Shown in pieces: positions 57,595-64,000 of a DNA stretch of 64,000 bases. This stretch comes from Candidatus Micrarchaeota archaeon (GTDB taxonomy: Archaea > Micrarchaeota > Micrarchaeia > Anstonellales > JAHKLY01): contig JAHKLY010000001.1 in NCBI GenBank assembly GCA_020854825.1, positions 32,001 to 96,000 of the forward strand, written 5' to 3'. The position numbers were made by a program, and so were the translations under genes. Each line of letters begins with the position of its first letter. The stretch's first letter is position 1. Below the pieces are notes generated by a model, which saw nothing but the letters and a program-made list of their open reading frames with translations, did no database searches and had not been told where the DNA came from.

Positions 57595-60500
57595 AACAAA
57601 ATAATAATATAAAATTTATCTTTTTTATTTTACTTATTAGTTTATCTCTTATATATTCGGCTAAACCAATTGATACAATACCTCCTGCAACTACATATAC
57701 TCCATATATTTATTGTAGACCTATGCAAACGTGTACTTCTTCAGACATAACACAAGCAAATATTTTAGCGTTTATTTCTTCAAGCGATACTTCTATGCAA
57801 ATAGAAGGATTATTATACTATGAAAATGAAACAAGATCAAAGATAGGAATATCAAATACACAAATCTTTGTAAGATACTCATGTAATGATGGTACAAGAA
57901 ATTTATGCAAAATGTACTCTAATGAAGAAGGTACGTTTGTATTTAATTTAGATTATATACGATCCACTTGTTCAAATTGTACAACTATTTCTTTTTACTA
58001 TTGCCCTGGAGAAAATACAGATTTAGAAAGATTATCACTTTGTTTAGGAGAAACTATCGCTTCTTTACCAGAATATTGTGAAGACCAAGGATTTTTTGAT
58101 CCTTCACCCACTATTTTAGAAGAATATAATAACTATACATTTGCAACACAACCAGTTAGATTTTGTATTCCATCTGTGACTGGTGCAACAAATCAAATCT
58201 GTATGGGGGTTTTGATTATTTTTGGCATATTGGGAGCTGCAATGTTTACCTCTGGAAGAAACCCGTTATCTTTTTTTAATTTTTCAGGCCCAAGGCCCCC
58301 CACTGGAAGACAGTATAGGATGAAACCAAAATCCGTATCATTTACTATGATGGTTCCAGTAGGAAAAATAATTGGTGGGATTAGTGGTAAAATTCAAAAA
58401 TCAGAAAAAAAATCTGTTGATTCAAAAACTCCAAAAGTTGCTGCCAATGTTAAAGATATTAAAAAAGGGATTGGAAAAACAGATTTAGTAGATAAACCAA
58501 AAACTACAAAAGCAATTACAGGTGCAGTTAAATCTGCTGGATTTATTAGGCAGGTTAAATTATCTGTTCAAGGGATAAGCAGTAAGGTAGCAGTAGGTGT
58601 GTTTGGTGAAAAAGGAGCAAATGTATTATTTGGAGAAGGAACCTCAGAAACAGCTAGGATGGCTACTGAAGCTATGCAAAGCATGAACATGAGAGAAAGA
58701 GGAATAGGGGGAGTATCCCCCCAAATGATCGCTGGGCCCCCACTAGATTATAGTGCATCGTTTAGTAAAGATTTATTAACAGGCTTATTTTATTTAGGAG
58801 ACTATTGGATACAGGGGATGATGAATAGATTCACGATGGGTATTGTTCCATATCAAACTATAACAAAATGGAAAGGGAGACTCATATATGGTCCCTTATC
58901 AAAAATAGGACTTTCTTTAAGAGGTTATACTGCATTAAACAAAAATGAAAAATTATTTATTAAAGAACTACAAGAAAATTGGAAAAATATAGATCCAAAA
59001 AGTATAACTATATCTCCTTCTAAAGACGGAAAAACCGTAATAATAACTGCAAAAGATTTAAATGGAAAAACTACTCAATTATTTGAATTAAGAACTAAAA
59101 ATTTAAATACAATAAAATATGCATTAAATTCCCAAGGAACAGGATTAAATAATAATAGTAATTACGCTTATTCATTAACTATTGAAGGGCTATTTAATTT
59201 GATTACTACTGCTGTTTTAACACAAAATCTACAATTAAATAAAGAAAAAATAAATGAAAAATTAAATAAAATAGAACAAAAAAGAGAAGAACTAGAAAAA
59301 CAAAAAAGAACTGCAACAGGAAGAGAGTTAAGAAAGATAGAAGAACAAATTGAAGAATTGGATACTAATAGAAAGGGCGTAATCTGGACATATTCAGAAA
59401 TGAATCTTCCAGAAGGTTCAGAATTATCTGAATATCAAATTAATGAGATACTAAAAGAATTTGACAGTACAAGAGAAAACACAGGAACTGGAATAATAGA
59501 CCAAAAAATACAGAAGCAATTAGATAAATTAACAATTATGACTCAGCAAGCTATGATTTTATATTTTATTTCTAGAGAACTATTGCCTAATGCCTATTCT
59601 ATTTCAACTGAAAATCCAAATTATAAAAAATGGGAAGAAGAATATAAAAAACAAAAAGAAAAAAATGAGGAAAAGAAACAAGAATTAGAAAAAGAAAAAG
59701 AAGAATTAGAAGCAAAAAAAGAATTTATCCTATCTGGAATAACTGGATTAAATGAAGAAGAACAAAAACGGTATTCACAAATTGAAAAAGAGCTGGAAAT
59801 ATTAAAAAATGATTATAAAAATGAAGAAGAAAAACTAATTTTAGAATTAAATTCATTGACTAGCAAAATGAATTCAACAAATATGGAAAAAATACATGAA
59901 AAAATTTTAGAATTAACAGAAAGAATTTCTGCTTTAAAATCTATTTATCAAACTGAATATAAAAACATACAAGAAGATATAACCAGATATTCAAACAATT
60001 TAATTATATTAATAGGTAGTGGCACAAGTATATATGAACAATTTGCTTCAAATGGTATGTATTCAGAAGCAAATGAAATATTTAATATATTAAACGAAAT
60101 TCAAACTAAAGTACAATTTGAATTTCTTGAGGAATTCCGTTCTACTGAAAGTATAAAAAGTGATGAAGAAATTGAAAAACTTAGAAGCACATTCAATAAA
60201 AATAATTATACTATAGAATTAGCTATTTCTGCTATTTCTCCGTTATCTCAAACATTTCAAGCAGATGAAAGAGTATTGGAAGCTATACGTGAAGATGAAT
60301 CATTTAAAACTGAGTTTAATTTATTTATTGAAAATATGACAAAAAAATTAGATGAGTATATAGATACTAATTATGACGAACAAATAAACTTAGAAAAGGA
60401 AATACAAATTATAAACGAACAAAAACAAACCCTATTGTTTGAAGCATTTAAATTAAGTAGTTACTTAGAACCATTAGAGGAAGGAAAAGAATATGGAATA

Positions 60501-61769
60501 TGGAGTTCTGAAGAACAAAAAGAATTACAAAAAAGATTAGAAGAAATACAAAGAAAAGAAAGAGATCTAACTGAAGAATACAATAAAAAGATAGAAGAAT
60601 ATGAAAGCAGAAAAGAAGATACTCAGTATAGTATTCTTATTGAAGGATGGAAAATTGCATTAGAAGCAAACAGCAGATATGTTAATGAAACTCAAAAACC
60701 AAGTTTAACTGTAGACACAGATGAACGCATGCCTATAGCTACTACCCAATATAAAATGTACACAGAATATAAAACAATGACAACTGAATTTGATAAATAC
60801 TACTCAGATATCGAATCTGGAAATTTAACAAAAGAAGAAAGAGAAAATACATATTATAGAATCACAAATACATATGAAACTACAATACTTTACAGAGATT
60901 TATTTAAACTTAATGAAAGTTTTATAGACGAATATTCTAGTTGGACAGAGAAACAAAAAGAAAAACGTTCTTCAATTTTAGAGTCCTGGGAAAAATATAA
61001 TGAAGAAATAAAACAAATATCTTCTTTTAGAAATAATTGTGAATTTACAAGAACATATTCTTCAATGATAACAGAAGCAAGGGATATATTAAATACATTC
61101 GAAGAAACAAAAGATGAAGAATTAAGAAAAATAAATCAAAAAAGATTTGATAATTTGATAAGTGGAGACCTAATCGGATTTACTGGGGCATATATACATA
61201 ACAGAGAGTATCATTCTGTAACTGAAGAAATATGGAATAAAATAAAAACTGTTTTTGGAAGCACTAAAGAAAGAGAAACATTTGATAGTTTTAATAAAAA
61301 CATATCTTCTTTTAGAAAAACAAGAGAAGATGTTGAAGAATTTATTATTTCATATTCATATGAAAATAAAGAAGAAAAAAATAAAGTTGATGAATATCTA
61401 TCATATTACTTACAAGATTCTGATAAACCAGAAAGGCAAAACTTAGATATTTTAAGAAATTACACAGCAAAACCAGAAAATACTGAATATAAAACTCTTT
61501 TTGAAACAACAATAGAATCTAGAAAATTATTTGAAATGTTTAGAGAAAAAGCAGAACAACAAAATAGAGAAGCATATAGACAAAAAATGTATAATAATGA
61601 TGAACAAACAGAATATCATAATTATAATGCAACTAAATATAAAAAATATGCTAGACAATTAGAAAAAAGTTATTTGACATTAACAAAAGCAAATAATGAA
61701 AAAGAAAGAAAAAATGCAATAAAAGAATATAAACAATTAAGAGAAAAATTACAAGAATCAATAGTTTAG
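57579..61769 (+). CDS. Large bitopic protein: Cys-rich extracellular domain, TM helix, long cytoplasmic coiled coil
   Basis: Signal peptide; ~180-aa Cys-containing domain; TM ICMGVLIIFGILGAAMF followed by SGRNPLSFFNFSGPR; >800 aa of E/K-rich heptads. Confidence 0.75.
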   Translation: MLCKLKQNNNIKFIFFILLISLSLIYSAKPIDTIPPATTYTPYIYCRPMQTCTSSDITQANILAFISSSDTSMQIEGLLYYENETRSKIGISNTQIFVRYSCNDGTRNLCKMYSNEEGTFVFNLDYIRSTCSNCTTISFYYCPGENTDLERLSLCLGETIASLPEYCEDQGFFDPSPTILEEYNNYTFATQPVRFCIPSVTGATNQICMGVLIIFGILGAAMFTSGRNPLSFFNFSGPRPPTGRQYRMKPKSVSFTMMVPVGKIIGGISGKIQKSEKKSVDSKTPKVAANVKDIKKGIGKTDLVDKPKTTKAITGAVKSAGFIRQVKLSVQGISSKVAVGVFGEKGANVLFGEGTSETARMATEAMQSMNMRERGIGGVSPQMIAGPPLDYSASFSKDLLTGLFYLGDYWIQGMMNRFTMGIVPYQTITKWKGRLIYGPLSKIGLSLRGYTALNKNEKLFIKELQENWKNIDPKSITISPSKDGKTVIITAKDLNGKTTQLFELRTKNLNTIKYALNSQGTGLNNNSNYAYSLTIEGLFNLITTAVLTQNLQLNKEKINEKLNKIEQKREELEKQKRTATGRELRKIEEQIEELDTNRKGVIWTYSEMNLPEGSELSEYQINEILKEFDSTRENTGTGIIDQKIQKQLDKLTIMTQQAMILYFISRELLPNAYSISTENPNYKKWEEEYKKQKEKNEEKKQELEKEKEELEAKKEFILSGITGLNEEEQKRYSQIEKELEILKNDYKNEEEKLILELNSLTSKMNSTNMEKIHEKILELTERISALKSIYQTEYKNIQEDITRYSNNLIILIGSGTSIYEQFASNGMYSEANEIFNILNEIQTKVQFEFLEEFRSTESIKSDEEIEKLRSTFNKNNYTIELAISAISPLSQTFQADERVLEAIREDESFKTEFNLFIENMTKKLDEYIDTNYDEQINLEKEIQIINEQKQTLLFEAFKLSSYLEPLEEGKEYGIWSSEEQKELQKRLEEIQRKERDLTEEYNKKIEEYESRKEDTQYSILIEGWKIALEANSRYVNETQKPSLTVDTDERMPIATTQYKMYTEYKTMTTEFDKYYSDIESGNLTKEERENTYYRITNTYETTILYRDLFKLNESFIDEYSSWTEKQKEKRSSILESWEKYNEEIKQISSFRNNCEFTRTYSSMITEARDILNTFEETKDEELRKINQKRFDNLISGDLIGFTGAYIHNREYHSVTEEIWNKIKTVFGSTKERETFDSFNKNISSFRKTREDVEEFIISYSYENKEEKNKVDEYLSYYLQDSDKPERQNLDILRNYTAKPENTEYKTLFETTIESRKLFEMFREKAEQQNREAYRQKMYNNDEQTEYHNYNATKYKKYARQLEKSYLTLTKANNEKERKNAIKEYKQLREKLQESIV

Positions 61770-61777
61770 GTGTTTAA

Positions 61778-62377
61778 ATGACTAAAACATACTATGAAAA
61801 ATATGAGTTCATGGATGACCCAGATGTATATGAGCCGCGCGAAGATTCGTTTATGCTTGCTGATTATGTTAAAGGTGCTAAAGGTAATGTACTTGATGTA
61901 GGCACAGGGTGCGGTATTCAAGCCATTATAGCCTCTAAAACTGCAGATTATGCGTTAGGTATAGATATCAACGCAAAGGCTGTTGAATTGGCTAAAAAAA
62001 ATGCTGAATTATATAATCTTAAAAATTGTGAATTTAAACAAAGTGATCTTTTTGAAAAAATAGAAAAAGAAAATAAATTTGATTTAATAATTTTTAATCC
62101 TCCCTACTTGCCAACAAAAGAAGAAGATAAAGTAAAGGGAGAATTAAACAAAGCATTAGATGGAGGAATAGATGGTAGAGAAACACTTGATAAATTTCTT
62201 AAAAATGTTAAAAAACATCTAAAAAAAGAAGGTAAAATTTTGTTAGTAGATAGTTCATTGGATAATACTAAAAAAACGATAGATATATTAGAAGACCAAG
62301 GATTTAAAGTTAAAATCTTAGAAACAAAAAAAATGTTTTTTGAAGAATTAAACATAATAGAGGCAACAGTAGAATGA
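61778..62377 (+). CDS. HemK2/PrmC-family glutamine methyltransferase
   Basis: VYEPREDSFML, VLDVGTGCG, FNPPY, GGIDGR. Confidence 0.92.
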   Translation: MTKTYYEKYEFMDDPDVYEPREDSFMLADYVKGAKGNVLDVGTGCGIQAIIASKTADYALGIDINAKAVELAKKNAELYNLKNCEFKQSDLFEKIEKENKFDLIIFNPPYLPTKEEDKVKGELNKALDGGIDGRETLDKFLKNVKKHLKKEGKILLVDSSLDNTKKTIDILEDQGFKVKILETKKMFFEELNIIEATVE

Positions 62378-63075
62378 AAAAAATAAAATTTAAATACATT
62401 TTTATAGAACCTGAAGGTTCAATGAATTTAGGAGCAATTGCAAGAGTATTGAAAAATTTTAGAATAAAGGAATTCTGTATTGTTAATCCCCAATGTGAAA
62501 TAATTAATAATGAATCGCTTATGTTTGCAAAACACGCAAATGATTTACTTAAAAAATCAATAATATATAAAGATATATATAGTGCAGTAAAAGGCTGTAA
62601 TTATATTGTAGGTACTACTGGAGTACTTCAAAGATTCAAAAAAACATTTAGAACTCCCATTGCATTAAAAGAATTCAAAAATTATAAACATCTAAAAGGA
62701 GAAATAGCAATTTTATTTGGAAGAGAAGGAGTAGGGCTAACACAAATTGAAACAGATTTATGTGATTTTTTAATAACAATTCCTACAAATAAAAAATATC
62801 CTATTATGAATTTATCTCATTCTGTAGCAATAATAGTTTATGAATTGAATAATCTAATCTACGAAACACCAGAACAAGCAGTATCTGAAAAAGAAAAGGA
62901 AAAACTTTTAGAATCTTTTAATATGTTAGTAGATAAATTTTCATATGACATGAGAAACCCAAAAAAAGTTAAAATTGGGTTTAAAAGACTTGTCGGAAGA
63001 TCATTTATAAGCTCAAAAGAAGCAGTTTCTATATTATCTGTGTTTAGAAGAACAAATAAAAAAATAGAGAAGTAG
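62374..63075 (+). CDS. trmJ: SPOUT tRNA methyltransferase, TrmJ family
   Basis: EP....NLGAIAR..KNF, FGREGVGL, IPT...YPIMNLSHSV.I..YEL. Confidence 0.9.
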   Translation: MKKIKFKYIFIEPEGSMNLGAIARVLKNFRIKEFCIVNPQCEIINNESLMFAKHANDLLKKSIIYKDIYSAVKGCNYIVGTTGVLQRFKKTFRTPIALKEFKNYKHLKGEIAILFGREGVGLTQIETDLCDFLITIPTNKKYPIMNLSHSVAIIVYELNNLIYETPEQAVSEKEKEKLLESFNMLVDKFSYDMRNPKKVKIGFKRLVGRSFISSKEAVSILSVFRRTNKKIEK

Positions 63076-63087
63076 AAAAAAGAAGAA

Positions 63088-63456
63088 CTATCTCTTCTTT
63101 AATTTTTTAACAATTTTTACTCTACCTGGAGTTAACAAAATTTTATCATTATCAATTCTTGCAATATCTCCCCCTACTTTAGAAACATATTTTTTTAATG
63201 CTCCTACAGATGCTTTTAATTTATTTGGCCATTTAGACATTTTAGAAACATTCAAAAGCACAATATTTCTTGCTTTTAATTCTTCTACAATAGCTGTTAC
63301 ATCTTCTTCTTTCTCTAGAGCTATTGGTTTAACATAAAAATCCGCTGGTTCATGAAGAACATCTACCTCATCCATTTCCACAGTATCCATGTATTCTTCT
63401 AGATCAAGACTTTTACTTAATCCAAGCCCTCCTGAAATTTTTTCGAATAATCCCAT
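63088..63456 (-). CDS. sepF: Cell division protein SepF (archaeal type)
   Basis: EEL..RNIVLLN, GGDIARI....ILLTP..VKI. Confidence 0.88.
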   Translation of the reverse strand: MGLFEKISGGLGLSKSLDLEEYMDTVEMDEVDVLHEPADFYVKPIALEKEEDVTAIVEELKARNIVLLNVSKMSKWPNKLKASVGALKKYVSKVGGDIARIDNDKILLTPGRVKIVKKLKKR

Positions 63457-63543
63457 TCATCTCACCTCATTAGTATAATTCCTACTTATAGTTTCAACAT
63501 AAAGAATTAAAAGGATATTTCTTATAAATCTTTCTGTGATACT

Positions 63544-64000
63544 ATGCCTTCATTTTCAGATATACTAGCAAAAGAAAGTATTTTTGTTGATAGAAACGTA
63601 CTTTCCCCACATTATATTCCAGAAATACTTCTATTTAGGGAGGAACAAATAGAAAAGATAATGAAAGTACTTTCTCCTGCATTTAAAAATGAACGACCCC
63701 ATAACCTATTTATTTATGGTAAAACAGGCACAGGGAAGACTGCTTCTGTCAAGAACATAATGAAAAAATTTAATGATATGGAAAGAAAAGAAGCAGTAAT
63801 GACATACGTTAATTGTAAAGTGTATAACACTAGATATAGGATAATACAAAAAATAGCAAAAACATATATTTCTGAATTAGATAAAAGTGGATTTGGTTTG
63901 ACTTATATTTATGAAAAATTAGTTTCCTGGATAATAGAAAATAAAATAAGATTGATAATTGTTTTAGATGAAGTAGATATGATTAAAGAATTAGATGATT
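63544..64000 (+). CDS. cdc6: Cdc6/Orc1 replication initiator (3' end beyond window)
   Basis: Manual translation: SIFVDRNVLSPHYIPEIL.FREEQI, IYGKTGTGKT (Walker A), YVNC, IIVLDEVD (Walker B). Confidence 0.95.
   Translation, partial: MPSFSDILAKESIFVDRNVLSPHYIPEILLFREEQIEKIMKVLSPAFKNERPHNLFIYGKTGTGKTASVKNIMKKFNDMERKEAVMTYVNCKVYNTRYRIIQKIAKTYISELDKSGFGLTYIYEKLVSWIIENKIRLIIVLDEVDMIKELDD

Noticed and set aside
63457-63543. Possible replication origin upstream of cdc6
   Set aside because: Only ~87 bp, occupied by divergent promoters; no repeated ORB or G-string motif visible.

Overview
AT-rich chromosomal segment of an archaeon. TBP, RpoF, eIF6, L31e/L39e/S19e, Rpp21, family B polymerase, Cdc6, GGGP synthase and GGTGA-type ribosome-binding sites show it is archaeal. 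The compact layout, multi-intron tRNAs and tRNA-Ile(UAU) suggest a DPANN lineage, most likely Micrarchaeota (inference). Most of the window is housekeeping (translation, SRP, Fe-S assembly, replication). Four tRNAs are present, and three carry six bulge-helix-bulge (BHB) introns in total; four of these introns share a U-rich/A-rich hairpin motif. The best candidate for an undescribed system is a ~16.4-kb co-directional cluster at 45389-61769. It has six tandem paralogous CedA/VirB6-like membrane proteins, a 1640-aa Cys-rich lipoprotein containing a dispersed glycoside-hydrolase-like barrel, and a 1396-aa membrane-anchored coiled-coil protein. Elsewhere there are two orphan proteins that share an N-terminal domain but have different C-termini; one C-terminus is a frameshifted bacterial-type L,D-transpeptidase. 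Other oddities are a TBP whose two halves are almost identical at DNA level, a duplicated TPR-like gene pair, two Fic genes with upstream direct repeats, and two candidate structured leader RNAs. No CRISPR array, rRNA, integrase or transposase was seen. All family assignments come from reading motifs, not from database searches.
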